From Chara braunii (lineage: Eukaryota; Plantae; Charophyceae), in contig BFEA01000032.1 in NCBI GenBank assembly GCA_003427395.1, forward strand, positions 1,983,264-2,047,263: a DNA stretch of 64,000 nt, read 5' to 3'. The position numbers were made by a program, and so were the translations under genes. Below are positions 1 to 13,700 of this stretch, piece by piece. Each line of letters opens with the position of its first letter. Within the stretch, counting starts at the first letter, position 1. The notes beneath the pieces were generated by a model that saw only the letters and a list, made by a program, of their open reading frames with translations, did no database searches and was not told where the DNA came from.

Positions 1-162
1 GAGAGAGAGAGAGAGAGGCTACGTGCTTAAGGATAAAACATACGGTTTGCGAACCGTACCCACGGGCTGCGAGGCGGACGTCGTGTGTGACAGGTTTACC
101 CACGTCCTCGAACAGACACAATGGAAGGTCATCCAGGGCGCCTAATGACGACACGCGCCTGC

Positions 163-210
<48 letters not shown>

Positions 211-560
211 TACTTCCATCGATAGGATGATCAAAATGGTATAACGCAATATCATGGAAATATACAACATAATTTATTTTATTTTTTTCATGTGTGTGTG
301 TGTTTTGTCATAGTCGGTATACACTCAACAAAAAAAAGCATGAACGTACTTGATATGTACAGTGCGACTTTCACCGACTCATGAGGAGGTTGAACCCCAA
401 CAATCTGCCCAGAGTGTGTGTGTGTGTGTGTGTGTATGTGTGTGTATGTGAGAGAGAGAGAGAGAGAGGGTACCTCCATAGATAAGATGAGCAAAATGGA
501 ATGAATCTAACGCAACAACATGGATATATACGCTGTTTTTTGTTTTATGTGTTTTCACGA

Positions 561-592
<32 letters not shown>

Positions 593-600
593 TACCCACT
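1..600. repeat. (GA)n/(GT)n microsatellite-rich degenerate repeat
   Basis: Several (GA)n and (GT)n tracts. Related motifs GGTACTTCCATCGATAGGATGATCAAAATGG (~209) and GGTACCTCCATAGATAAGATGAGCAAAATGG (~468) each follow a (GA)n tract. Confidence 0.85.
369..407 (-). ncRNA. Degenerate 5' part of a type III hammerhead ribozyme (same family as 51647-51690)
   Basis: Minus strand reads CAGATTGT-T-GGGGT-TCA-ACCTC-CTCATGA-GTCGGTG-AAA: stem III 5' strand, GUU site, stem I, mutated CUGAUGA core, stem II 5' strand. It overlaps the 51647 copy almost exactly. Confidence 0.6.
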
Positions 601-1084
601 CCCACTGCTGCGCGGCGGATGTTGTGCCCGGTGATGGACAGTCACAGGTGCAGACACGACGCAAGGTGATAGGAGGGCAACGGAGAATGGCACGCGCGAG
701 TGCTGCGTCGCAGAAGTCCATCTGTAGGAGACGGCATGCCTGTGGCCACGAAGGAGCAAACGACAACTTCGACCTCGGCTGCAACGGGCGGGAGATCAAC
801 ACATCCACGAACAACAAAACGTCAAACACAAAAGGAAAAAAAATAAAAAACTACAACACATAACGTCAGACTTGTCAGTCATTGTCAGATACGGAAGGGA
901 TCATTCAAACCGGTACTGGGGACGGGAGACGTGGCCCGACAACACCTTTCCGATGTAAATACAAAAAAAATTACGAAATACACCAAATGGAACAAGGTAC
1001 CACTGGGAACCCAAACGAAATCAAAAGAAGGAGGCTCGGCAGACCTTGGCACGCAGGAAAAAAACAAGGTCGGGTCTGAATAAC

Positions 1085-1863
1085 CACTAGGTACTTTGTC
1101 TATGTCATCATAATTCTTTGTTGCGAAAATAATTTATTTGCAAAATATAATTTGCAGGCAAACCAAGACTGTCGCTTTTTGCAAAACAAGTTTGTGGTCT
1201 GGAGTTATGAATTGTTCAACCAAGATCATATTCAAAAGATGTTCTTTGTGCGGTTTGAGCGCAACAAAAGTTTGTATAAACTTTCCACAATTAATTCTTT
1301 CTGATGTCTCAAGAGAGAAAAAAAAGGTTTGTTTTTACCTTAGTTGTATTATATAAAAAACGTTGCAGTACCGAATTAAAGGCATTGCACAGTGTCAATC
1401 ACATCTACCTTCACCAACTCAATTGTAATCTTATGAAGAGAACTGTGGAAAAGGGTCGCTGAGGACAATAATAACTCCACGAATATTTGATATAGTGAGC
1501 AGTTTTCTGACATGCAAATCAAAATTCACAATTTTCTCTTTGTAGTGAACCATTCTTAGCATAAGTGTCTTACTACTATTGACCTTCATGTGGATGACAG
1601 TGTCACACAATATTTGCAAAGTGTCATGACGGACGTGAGAAATTTGAGTGTAAATATAATGAGGTCGTCGCCAACGTTGTTTCTCGTTAAATTCATAATG
1701 TAAGTATTATTTATCATCACGTACAATAACTTAACATTTCTCTTCATCAACAATGTTTCTTGAATTGACAATTTTATTCACCAAGGCTTTCAAATTCTTA
1801 AAAGTGAACTCAACATTCGAAAAAAAAATATCAATGTGTTCTTTATGAACTTTATGTTGAATA
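1085..1863 (-). pseudogene. Partial unit of the ~2.3-kb tandem decayed-gene array (left of the hAT insertion)
   Basis: Homologous to ~12350-13120 and ~14650-15420. For example, peptide QILCDTVIHMKVNSSKTLMLRMVHYKEKIVNFDLHV matches QIFCDIVLQMKTDSNKTLMWIVVHWKEKVVNFYLHV at 14948-15184. Confidence 0.75.
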
Positions 1864-3759
1864 CTGCGTAGCATTCCATTAGCGTTCAGCCGGCGAACGC
1901 GAACGCATATGACCGAACGCGAACGCGTCAACATATGACCAAACGCGAACGCGTCCGAAAATCGACCGAACGTGAACGTTTTTTTTTTTTTTTTTTTTTT
2001 TTTTAGGNNNNNNNNNNNNNNNNNNNNNNNNNNNNNNNNNNNNNNNNNNNNNNNNNNNNNNNNNNNNNNNNNNNNNNNNNNNNNNNNNNNNNNNNNNNNN
2101 NNNNNNNNNNNNNNNNNNNNNNNNNNNNNNNNNNNNNNNNNNNNNNNNNNNNNNNNNNNNNNNNNNNNNNNNNNNNNNNNNNNNNNNNNNNNNNNNNNNN
2201 NNNNNNNNNNNNNNNNNNNNNNNNNNNCATGATGTACATGTTCTGGGCTAAGGCCCCAGCAAGCCTCGTGCCCGCCCTAAGTGAAGGCGGGCCAGCAAAT
2301 CAACAAGAGCCCTTTGTGCCAATATTTCACGAAGTGGGGTCCATACAGCTGCAACACGCCAGTTGGTTGGAGTGCAACGAGTCTCGGATTTCAGCAAATG
2401 TTTAAATGTCGAGGGCCTCTGAGTTAGTTAGGCCCTTGGCTGTGAATGTGAGGCCGACAATGCATGCTGGGTATAAAGGCCGAAAATGCCAAAGGGAAAT
2501 CGGCCCACTGTCTGAATCTGGCCGCAGGCCCTGATGAAAGAGGTGCAACTGCATTGCTCCAGGGCCCAACTGTATCGGGCTCAGTTCATCCTCTGGGTCC
2601 CGGTCACAGGCTGAAGGGAGGCCGCCCACACGCTGCACTGGCATATAGGCAAGCAGGGCGAGTGGGCAGGGATCTTGGCCAATGCTGGCATTGCGGGCAC
2701 GCTGCGCGGATGCATGTGTGCTGCGCAGTGCAGAGCAGCGCTGCGCTAAGAGCAAGCAGGCTAGGCTAGGCGGTAGGGGCGCTGCCTGCATGCAGGGCAC
2801 TGGCGGCCATAGCCGGGCCGCATGAGAGTGCAGAAGAGGTGAAGGGCGAAGGTGGTCTTTGGAGGTGAAGGGCGCTGCGTGGGTAACAAGGGAGAGTGTG
2901 GGGAAGAGGACACGTACCTGGTGAAGGTGGAGGTCGGCGTTGGTGTTGACATCATCACTCGCTGGTAGTCAAGTTGTCTGGTTGCTGTTCATTGCTGTAG
3001 TTGTAGGATAGGCTGTAGAGTAGACAGGGCGCCTGGCGCCATGTACAAGAGAGAGCTACATTTGGGTTATGCTGTAGGTGTTGCCATGTTGGGCATGGAT
3101 AATGACTCACGATTCTTCTGTATCATTCTCAATTGGATGGTTACTCGGTTCCATTTGCTATCTGCTTTGGCTTTGACTACTTGGACTTAAGTGTGATTTT
3201 GCATTCTGGATTTATGTGCTTCGTCCATACTCATGTTCCTTGCAGATGCCGCTACTCCGGGTGTTGTACCTGTTGCGGCGCTGCCAACACCAGCAGCAGC
3301 CTGCAGTTACATATCCTGCAGCTACTGCTGCTCCGCACACACACACACACGTACACACACACACACACACACGCACACACACACACACTCACACACACAC
3401 AAACTTCAAGCTGCTGAAATGCTTGGTGAAGCAGCGCTGGAGCCAACGGAGCTGCTGGGAAGGGACCGGCCGGCGCTACTCCTCGGCTATGGTGGAGTAG
3501 GTAGGACAGGAGGAGGAAGAAGGGCAAAGGGGAAGGGGGAGCGACAAAGATACTTACCTGCCTATGGTCGTTGCATCTTGTCATGTAGATGATGCACTAC
3601 CTGAAGCAGCTTCAGTGGCACAAGCCGCAGAAGCAGCAGCTGCAACAGGTGCATGCGCTGCTGCATGTGCTGCAACACATGCAGCTGTCGAAGCTGCTGC
3701 TGCTGCGGCTAGTACTGTTGAAGTTGTTGTAGCTGATGCATCACATGCTTCATCTGCAA

Positions 3760-3807
<48 letters not shown>

Positions 3808-4053
3808 TGACAAGATGACACACACACACACATGAGAAGATGACACACACACACACACACACACATGAGAAGATGACACACACACACACACACACGCACA
3901 GGAACACACACAAACACACACACCGACATTCATGCGAATACACTTAATGGCACGACCACACGAACCGACTGACAACAAAAAACAACGTCAACGTGGCATG
4001 GCTGATTACGAGGAGCAGGCACCGTGCATGAATGGAAAAGAAACAACAAAAGG

Positions 4054-4107
<54 letters not shown>

Positions 4108-4120
4108 TGTGTCTCTCTGC

Positions 4121-7100
4121 CTTCATCGGGCGCTATCCTCCTCTTTTTCGTTTTGTGCAGGGGGGCACTCTCATGGGAGTCGTCATCAGAGGTCGAGGCT
4201 GCAGGATCACGCATTGGCTTCTTGTCCTTCCATGGCCGCCCTCTCGGGCGACCTGTCCCTCGTGCGGCACGAGCGCGACCTCTGCCTCCTGTGGAAGGAA
4301 GGCGCCCTCTGCCTCGCGGAGCACGATAGCCGAGCGGATCCCATACACACCCGGGATGTGCTTGCCCACTACCGAGTAGGTGCGGCGGGAGACTGGCACC
4401 ATAAAATGACCGCACCTCCGGGCGGCACTGACCTCCCTCTGCCTCGCCCTCATGCTCCCTGTGCCCCAGTGCCTCCTCCCCCTGCTGATCGTCAGCCTGC
4501 TGCTGCTGCTCCTCGTCAGCCTACTGCTGCTGCTGCTCCTCTTCAGCCTCGTCAGCCTGCTACTGCTGCTGCTGCTGCTCCTCGTCAGTGTGCTGCTGCT
4601 GCTGCTCCTCGTCAGCCTGCTGCTGCTACTGCTGCTCCACAACAACCTGCTCATGGTGCTCCACAGGCTGCTCCTCATGTTGCTGCACCTGTTGCCGCTG
4701 ATTCTGGGACCTCAATCCATGTCGTGTGCCTGGAACATGTGGTGTGATTTCCTCCCTCCTCGTCCACGATCAATCAGAGTCTGACCGATCGTCCACCCAC
4801 TCGTCATGTGGAATCTCGTCCTCGTTGTCCACATCGTCATCGTCCTCCTCCTCCTCCATGTCACCCCACTCCATACCCTCCTCCACCTCTCCTCGCCTCG
4901 GCACGCCTGTTGATGTCCCGGCCGCAACAGGATCATGGCGAATGGTGGTGCTACCTGCACCGGATGGAGCAGCCTCATGACCGAGCTCACCGTCGTCAAC
5001 AGCATCAGTCAAACCTGCCTGATCACCTTCCAAATCATCGTCAGCCCAGTCTGCTGCTAGCCCCAACCATCCTCCTACCACCGTTGGCCCGTCATCGCCC
5101 CTGCTCTTGACCCTGAGGCTCCAGTGCGAGTACACCAACTTCTTGGTGCGCTGGTGGTATAGCTTGTTCCTGGACTTCGTCTGCACAAGAGACCAAGTGC
5201 TCCAATTCCTCTCTGCTGGAGAGGATGTCGTCCAAATGGAGAGCACCTTCACCGCCAGAGCCTTGATCTCTGGATGGCCAGCCCCGTGCGCCTCCCACCA
5301 CAGCACCTCATTGTCCTTCTTCGCCCTCTGCACCGCCCGTGTGGTGCCGAACACTCCTCTCGCCATCTGGAACTCATACAGTTGGTCCAAGCAGTCGTCA
5401 AACATCTTGCTCCCTCTCTTGCCGATGAGGCGCTCCACAACAGCCTCAAACTGCGTCATGAGCTCGACATTGTTGAAAACAGCAATGTCCCTCAACACTG
5501 GATCCAGCAACCGGGCCACGGTGTGGATCGGGCTGAGCAGCATATCTGTCCTATTCTTCACGTCCACCAGGACATCATCTCGCTCCTTGTCACCGAGGGG
5601 GGCCGAACGGACGAAGACAGGCAATTGACGGGCCAGGTCGTAGATCCGAGACAAGCAGTGAACATCCTTGTCCACCTCTCATAGGACTTCATAAGGGCCC
5701 TTCATGAGGGTGGTCAGCTTCTTGACATCAGCCCAGAAGGCCCTGTCAAGAACAGTCTCCTCCACAAATAACGTCTTCCCCCTGATATCCCCCCTCCACA
5801 CCATCCTCTCCCAGGCGAGTCCATTCACGATGCGTATGATGGCCCTGGCACAGACCTCCAGTCGCTGCAGCATCACGTAGTTTGTCCCAAACCTCGTCTG
5901 AGCTGGGCGAAGTAGGCAGGTGCATTTAAGGTCAGGGTACTGCAACAACTGCGTCCGCAGCTGCGATCGTGGCCACCTCTGCACGCTGAAGAAGGTGACC
6001 ACCTTGTTGGCCTTCTTTATGATGGTTGCCGACCACTCCTTCTTGCAGATGTCGTGCATGAGCAGGTCCATGCAGTGTGCCGTGCAAGGGATCCAGTAGA
6101 TTTGCGTGAATTCGGGATCCTCCCTCAACATCCGGGCAGCGCTCTTGTTCCCTGCGAAGGAGTCTGTGCAGATCGCAATCACCTTCTCTACTCCCCACTC
6201 CCTGAAGAACCTCTTCCACCCAGTGACGATGGCAGCTGCATCCTTCTCCCCCTCACTCACATCCTCGCATTCGATGAAAACGGGTTTCGACCGCCCGACG
6301 AGGATGTAATTCATAAGCGATCGCCCACAGATGTGTGTGGTGCCATCGGTTATGAACGTGCAGCCTCTCACCTCCCAGTCGTCCCGGACTGCCTTCTCCT
6401 CAGCCTCCAACCTCCCGCGCAACCGATCAAGCAGCGTGCATCGTTGTGGGTTGTACCCAGTGGGCACAAGAGGGCAGCTCGCCGCAGGTTGCGGCCCATA
6501 ACACGCCAGCTAGAACTTCTTGAAGCTCTTGCTTTTCACGGCGTTGAACGGGATGGCGTTCTCGACGAAGAACTCGCAGCAGGTATCATCGATGTTCGCC
6601 TGTCTGGGGTTCTTCGCGTACCTGACGATGCTCGTCTGTCTAGCCGCCCCCCGTCTGCGGGCAGCCTGCTCCTCAGTCCGTGACAATGCAGGTCTCCGGA
6701 CCGGAGTCTCTCCGTCGGCCACAACCCCTCTTGTCACCTCATCCACCCCGCTGCCAGCCTCCCCATGAACCGCCTCCCCTGCCTCCCCATCCATCGCAAC
6801 CCCTCCCCCTCGCCCCACCGCGTCGTCCTCCAGCACAGGACCATCATCGTCATCGCTGGCAGACTCCTCTATTGCACGCTGCACCCTCTCCATAAGATCT
6901 GGTGGCATCTCAAAACCAACCCTGTGCAACCTCCTCCAAATCGCCATCGTTGCATTTGGACACCGGGCGGAGGCCCTCTTCAAACAAAAGTGCTCCATCG
7001 CCCATTTCTGTGTCCCTGTGAATTCTGTGTTGTACAACTTGCAGCGCAGCCTCCTTGATCCATGAGCGTTCCCTGACAGCAATTGACCGGCAGTCACCCA

Positions 7101-7199
7101 CGTCCACACCACGTGATCCCGCCGGTGGTTGAGGTCCTCCCGGAAGGGGTCCCGCCCCACATCCGCTCCCCCTGCTCCGTCAGCGTTGTTGCTAGCCAT
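4121..7199 (-). pseudogene. hAT transposase (BED-like Zn finger, DUF659/RNase H-like DDE core, hAT dimerisation domain) with in-frame stops
   Basis: ORFs 6510-7301, 5679-6467, 4770-5675 and 3930-4415 share one frame. Motifs: RCKLY..FTG..HFC (BED-like), FITDG (D1), ICTDS (D2), WIPCTAHCMDLL (CxxH), PAQTRF, LLDP, WWEAHG..EIKALAVKVLS..SSPAERNWS (catalytic E, dimerisation). Stops at 6510 (TAG), 5679 (TGA), 4770 (TGA) plus CAG>TAG-type stops in a Q-rich tail. Likely ATG at 7199. Confidence 0.92.
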
Positions 7200-8439
7200 A
7201 GCGCTGCCGACGTGGAAGCAGCAAACCTCGACCGGATGCTGATGTGGCAGATGCTGCGATGGCCAGTCCTGATGTGGTAGCTCCTGACGAGGCAGGTGCA
7301 ATGCGGAAGGATGCCGACTGTTCAGCTACACTCCCCGGTGCTGCTTGCCATGTGCCGGGAAGATGACATTCCAGTTCTGCTCCAGCAGAACGACAGAACA
7401 AGAAGACGACGACATGCCACGTCAGTGAAACGGGGGAGAAGAAGAATAAGACAAAATCTGACAAAGTTCAGAAAAATTATGGAAAAAAANNNNNNNNNNN
7501 NNNNNNNNNNNNNNNNNNNNNNNNNNNNNNNNNNNNNNNNNNNNNNNNNNNNNNNNNNNNNNNNNNNNNNNNNNNNNNNNNNNNNNNNNNNNNNNNNNNN
7601 NNNNNNNNNNNNNNNNNNNNNNNNNNNNNNNNNNNNNNNNNNNNNNNNNNNNNNNNNNNNNNNNNNNNNNNNNNNNNNNNNNNNNNNNNNNNNNNNNNNN
7701 NNNNNNNNNNNNNNNNNNNNNNNNNNNNNNNNNNNNNNNNNNNNNNNNNNNNNNNNNNNNNNNNNNNNNNNNNNNNNNNNNNNNNNNNNNNNNNNNNNNN
7801 NNNNNNNNNNNNNNNNNNNNNNNNNNNNNNNNNNNNNNNNNNNNNNNNNNNNNNNNNNNNNNNNNNNNNNNNNNNNNNNNNNNNNNNNNNNNNNNNNNNN
7901 NNNNNNNNNNNNNNNNNNNNNNNNNNNNNNNNNNNNNNNNNNNNNNNNNNNNNNNNNNNNNNNNNNNNNNNNNNNNNNNNNNNNNNNNNNNNNNNNNNNN
8001 NNNNNNNNNNNNNNNNNNNNNNNNNNNNNNNNNNNNNNNNNNNNNNNNNNNNNNNNNNNNNNNNNNNNNNNNNNNNNNNNNNNNNNNNNNNNNNNNNNNN
8101 NNNNNNNNNNNNNNNNNNNNNNNNNNNNNNNNNNNNNNNNNNNNNNNNNNNNNNNNNNNNNNNNNNNNNNNNNNNNNNNNNNNNNNNNNNNNNNNNNNNN
8201 NNNNNNNNNNNNNNNNNNNNNNNNNNNNNNNNNNNNNNNNNNNNNNNNNNNNNNNNNNNNNNNNNNNNNNNNNNNNNNNNNNNNNNNNNNNNNNNNNNNN
8301 NNNNNNNNNNNNNNNNNNNNNNNNNNNNNNNNNNNNNNNNNNNNNNNNNNNNNNNNNNNNNNNNNNNNNNNNNNNNNNNNNNNNNNNNNNNNNNNNNNNN
8401 NNNNNNNNNNNNNNNNNNNNNNNNNNNNNNNNNNNNNNN

Positions 8440-9340
8440 GAGGAGGAGGAGAGAATGAGGAGGAGGAGAGAATGAGGAGGAGGAGGAGGAGGAGGAGAGA
8501 ATGAGGAGGAGGAGAGAATGAGGAGGAGGAGAGAATGAGGAGGAGGAAGAAGAAGGAGGAGGAGGAGGAGGAGGAGGAGAGAATGACGAGGAGGAGAGAA
8601 TGAGGAGGAGGAGGAGGAGGAGGAGAGAATGAGGAGGAGGAGAGAATGAGGAGGAAGAGAGAATGAGGAGGAGGAAGAAGAAGAGAAGCAGGACATGGAT
8701 ATGGCGGAGGAAGAGGAGGGAGAAGAAGACTAGGAGGAGAGAAGGAACAGGAGGACAAAGGATGAGAAAGGAGGAAGAGGAAGCGGAAAAAAAAATAAAA
8801 AATTGTGCATGCTGACGTGGCAGCTGCGCAGTCGTCCGAGGACGAAGAGGAGGAGGAGGAGGAGGAGGAGAGAATGAGGAGGAGGAGAGAATGAGGAGGA
8901 GGAAGGAGGAGGAGGAGGAGGAGGAGGAGGAGAGAATGAGGAGGAGGGGGAGGAGAAGGAGAGAAGAAGGAGGAGCAGAGAATGAGGAGGAAGAGAGAAT
9001 GAGGAGGAAGAGAGAATGAGGAGGAGGAAGAAGAAGAGAAGCAGGACGTGGATATGGCGGAGGAGGAGGAGGGAGAAGAAGACTGGGAGGAGAGAAGGAA
9101 CAGGAGGACAAAGGATGAGAAAGGAGAAAGAGGAAGCGAAAAAAAAAAAAAAACTGAGCATGCTGACGTGGCAGCTGCGCAGTCGTCAGAGAAGGAAGAG
9201 GAGGAGGAGGAGGAGGAGAGAATGAGGAGGAGGAGAGAATAAGGAGGAGGAGAGAATGAGGAGGAAGAAGAAGAAGGTGGAGGGGGAGGAGGAGGAGAGA
9301 ATGAGGAGGAGGAGGAGGAGGAGGAAGAGGAGGAGGAGGA
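8440..9340. repeat. (GAG)n-AGAAT purine minisatellite with an internal ~350-bp duplication, inside the hAT
   Basis: Repeated GAGGAGGAGGAGAGAAT units. The block GCAGGACRTGGATATGGCGG...GCATGCTGACGTGGCAGCTGCGCAGTCGTC occurs at ~8688-8836 and ~9041-9187. Confidence 0.9.
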
Positions 9341-9503
9341 CAGATAGCGCGCGGACACATATCCATGCTTTCGGACAGATGGCGCGCCGCAGTGGCCAGA
9401 AGCTTACAACGTGGCACCCACCCCAACATGGGCTCGGGCACACTTCTCCTTTGAGCCGAAAGTCGAGTACCACATCGGGCAAAAGGGGCTTCAGACGGAA
9501 GCC

Positions 9504-9646
9504 CTCCTCCTCTTCTTCTTCTTATTCCTCCTTCAACCCCTCCCCGTCCTCTTCCTTCACTTCCTACTCTTCCTCCTCTGCCTCCTCCTCCTCCTCCTCC
9601 TCCTCCTCCTCCTCCTCCTCCTCTTCAATCAACCAACCAATCAATA

Positions 9647-9684
<38 letters not shown>

Positions 9685-9730
9685 CCAATCAATGGAATCA
9701 ATCGATCAATCAAATCGATTGATTCAATCG
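9504..9730. repeat. (TCC)n and (AATC)n microsatellites
   Basis: Directly visible simple repeats. Confidence 0.9.
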
Positions 9731-10786
9731 NNNNNNNNNNNNNNNNNNNNNNNNNNNNNNNNNNNNNNNNNNNNNNNNNNNNNNNNNNNNNNNNNNNNNN
9801 NNNNNNNNNNNNNNNNNNNNNNNNNNNNNNNNNNNNNNNNNNNNNNNNNNNNNNNNNNNNNNNNNNNNNNNNNNNNNNNNNNNNNNNNNNNNNNNNNNNN
9901 NNNNNNNNNNNNNNNNNNNNNNNNNNNNNNNNNNNNNNNNNNNNNNNNNNNNNNNNNNNNNNNNNNNNNNNNNNNNNNNNNNNNNNNNNNNNNNNNNNNN
10001 NNNNNNNNNNNNNNNNNNNNNNNNNNNNNNNNNNNNNNNNNNNNNNNNNNNNNNNNNNNNNNNNNNNNNNNNNNNNNNNNNNNNNNNNNNNNNNNNNNNN
10101 NNNNNNNNNNNNNNNNNNNNNNNNNNNNNNNNNNNNNNNNNNNNNNNNNNNNNNNNNNNNNNNNNNNNNNNNNNNNNNNNNNNNNNNNNNNNNNNNNNNN
10201 NNNNNNNNNNNNNNNNNNNNNNNNNNNNNNNNNNNNNNNNNNNNNNNNNNNNNNNNNNNNNNNNNNNNNNNNNNNNNNNNNNNNNNNNNNNNNNNNNNNN
10301 NNNNNNNNNNNNNNNNNNNNNNNNNNNNNNNNNNNNNNNNNNNNNNNNNNNNNNNNNNNNNNNNNGAGGAGGAGGAGGAGGAGGAGGAGGAGGAGGAGGA
10401 GGAGAAGAAGGAGGGGGAGGAGGAAGAGGCGACGTGGTTTCTCACCTGGGCGGCCATGGAGACGACGACGACAACGGCTCCGTGGGCGGGTGACTGGCGG
10501 GGTCGTTGGCGATGCCCGTATGCGCGTTCGAATTCGAACGAGCGGGCCCAGGTTGACCCCTCCCGCCACGCAGATGCTCCCAGCGCCCGCCCAACCCCGC
10601 CAACCAATCCCCAACCCCAACAAGGCCCCCTGGGCGCCCTACCGGGCCCGGTTCCGCCCGGCGACGAATGCGTTCGCCGGCCTCCGAAAGTCGTTCGTGC
10701 GAACTTGTTCGCGCCTCGAACGGGCGAACGGCCGAACACGTTCGGACGTTCGAAAAAACTCCGAACGTGTTCGCCATGCTACGCAG

Positions 10787-13700
10787 GTTGAATATCAAAG
10801 GCAGTTTCTATGACACCGACCTTCTGCCGTTTGTTGTATAGTAGCGGCAACACCTCGTCCAATTACGACCGCAGCCCAAAGCTGTAGTTCAACGGTTCTT
10901 CGGATACCAAAAATGTTTCATCATGAGATGACTGTTTTGATTTATACGGTTAACTAACAATATATTTGACGTTCAGATATGGTTTGAAACTGCTGAAAGA
11001 ACTTGCTGCCATAACACACAATGCAGACCCCTGGAGAGGAGATAGCAATGTTATAGTTATGTGATGCAGACTGAGATTAACAATTATAAATTACAAAAGA
11101 TACAGCCGTAATTACAAATACATAAAAGTGTAAATGCAAGGTAGTTAATGGACGAGCAGTAAGAACGAAACGTTATATCGGTAAAAACGAAACGATCTGT
11201 GAAATGGTCGCGCCAGTAAGGATATACGATTATAAAATGATGGTGATGTGCAGTAAGATCGATAGTCAGCAGCAACACATATTAAATTTTATCATTTTTT
11301 CTTACACGAAAATGAATCGGCTCACTATATCATTTTTGGACAAACACTACTATCAATTGATTGTAATACACTAGGAGTCAATTATATGCCTATAGATATG
11401 AGGAATAGATGTCCACAGTGGAAAATATACGAGATGTTCAAAAAGTCACGAAAATTGTCATCAAAAGTATAAGCGTTGAAGCTCATGGAAGTTGTATGAA
11501 AAAATTAACGTATGAAGCTTAACAATTAAGCAACGAATATTTTGTATCATAACGGAGGTATTCATCACTTCGACTACAAGATAAACATTCTTAACTTCAA
11601 GTTTGAAATAAACCATCGGTTTGATCGGGAAGGTAACAAAACATAAACAATACAACAGAAACAGATGCAAATTTGAAAACAGTCAATGAAACGAATGAGC
11701 GGAATTAAGGAGTGAAAAAGTTGATAGAAAGTAAGCGCAATTAACAAATGTGCAATATAAAAGCAAATAATGTTGTCTGAGCATCAAATTGCATGTCGGC
11801 GTCATCATGGACCGGGATCATGGCAGACATATCATCCCCGTCATGAACAGGTCACAGGTCGAGGACATCTTCCTTCCGTAGAAGTTAGAACCTACATTAT
11901 TCTTCATATATGTCATTCTTTGAGTGATGTTCAGGTTCTTCGGTGTACTCATCGACGATAATTTTTTTCACAAATATCATTAAAAAAGGCAATATGCTAT
12001 GGTTCAAATTCAGTTAGGAGGCGACTTGTCTCGATAATGGATTTGCGATATTCACAATGCTCGTTGCGCACATTCAAACCCTAAAACCCATTCTTGAAGT
12101 TATATCGAGAATAATGTCTGTGTGCTTGTAGGCATTGCGTTGTGTTCATATGCACAATTTATTTTCATATTTCAAAGGACAATAATTTTATTAAGATAAT
12201 CTTTGTCGATCTTGATTTCTCATTATGAACAATATTCTCTTTGTTTAAATAACAAAACACATGCAATTCTACATACAGTACTTGCAATTTTTGTAAAAGT
12301 TTTGAAACAAAAGGATTTCGATATCAAAATTTATGCATATTTGATTTAACTTTATCTGTGTTAACACAATGCTTTGTTGCGAAAATCATTTATTAGTACA
12401 TTATACTTCGCGAGCAAACTAAAACTTTTGCTTGTTGCAAAATAAGCTTGTAGTATGAAGTTATAAAATGTTCATTCAACATCGTGTTCAAAAGGTGTGT
12501 TTTTGTGTCGTTTGAGCGCAACAAATGTTTGAATAAACTTTTCATAATCAATGTTTTCTGATATACCGAAAGAAAAAGAAGAGGTCTGTTTTAACCGCAA
12601 CTATAAGTGCTTTAAACAAAAAAAACATTATCAAGCAATTGAAGGCATTGCATAGTGTCAATCACATTTATCTTCACCATCTCACTTATAATTTTATGAC
12701 GGGGACAGTGGAAAAGGCAGTCCTTGAGGATCGTAATATCTCAACGAATATCTGATATGGTGAGCAGTTTCCTTACATGCAAATCAAGATTGATAACTTT
12801 CTTTTTCCAGTGAGCCATGTGCCGCATAAGTGTCTTATTACTATTGGTCTTCATGTGGATAACAGTGTTACACAATATTTGCGTAATGTCATGACGCATA
12901 TGATAAATTTCACCATAAGTAAAATGAAGTTGTTAACGTTGAGTTTCGTTAAATTCATAACGTCACTATTTTTTATCGTCATGTACTATAATTTAACGTT
13001 TCTCTTCATCGAGGGTGTTTGCTAGATTGACAATTTCTTGTGTCAAGGCTTTCAACTTTTGAGTAATGAAACTGAATATTCGAAAGGAGTTTCTCAATAG
13101 GTTCTCCATAAACTTGATGCTAAATATCAAAGACAGTTTCTATAACACCGATTTTTTGTCGTTTGTTGTACAACAACTACAAAATTTCTTCCAATTACGA
13201 CCACAACCCATAGTTGTTGTCCAACGGTTTTTCAGACACTGCAAGGGTTTCACTGTTCGGTGACCATTTCGAATCATATTGATAGCTAATAACATATTCG
13301 ACGTTCAGATACGACTTGAAACCGTTCAACGTACTTGTTGTCATGACACACAATAAGGACCCCTAGAGAGGAAATAACAATGCTATTGTTATGTAATATA
13401 GACTAATATTATTAATTGTAGATTAGAAGAGACATAGATGCAATTGTAAGTACATAGAAGTCATTACGCAAGGTGCCTACTAAAGGAGCACTAAAAACGA
13501 AATAATGTATTTGTAAAACGAAACCATGTATTTATGAACATGTCACATCAGTAAAAATATTGAATTATAAAATAATGTTGGTGTAAAGTAAGCTCAATAG
13601 TCCGCAGTAAAAAATATTATACTTCACCCTCTTTGGTTTTATGACAATCAATCGGTTCATCTTTAAACGAGAACTGTTGTCAAAAGATTGAAATACACTG

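Larger units (their letters stand above)
1864..10786 (-). mobile_element. Full-length hAT-superfamily DNA transposon (transposase pseudogenised)
   Basis: Perfect 11-bp TIRs CTGCGTAGCAT (1864-1874) and ATGCTACGCAG (10776-10786). The 8-bp TSD GTTGAATA is at 1856-1863 and 10787-10794. Paralogous empty sites (~13119, ~15419) carry a single copy of the target. CGAAC-rich subterminal repeats at both ends; internal hAT transposase. Confidence 0.95.

Noticed and set aside
7296-10813. Long ORFs of 300-680 aa
   Set aside because: Artefacts of N gaps and GAG/TCC simple repeats.
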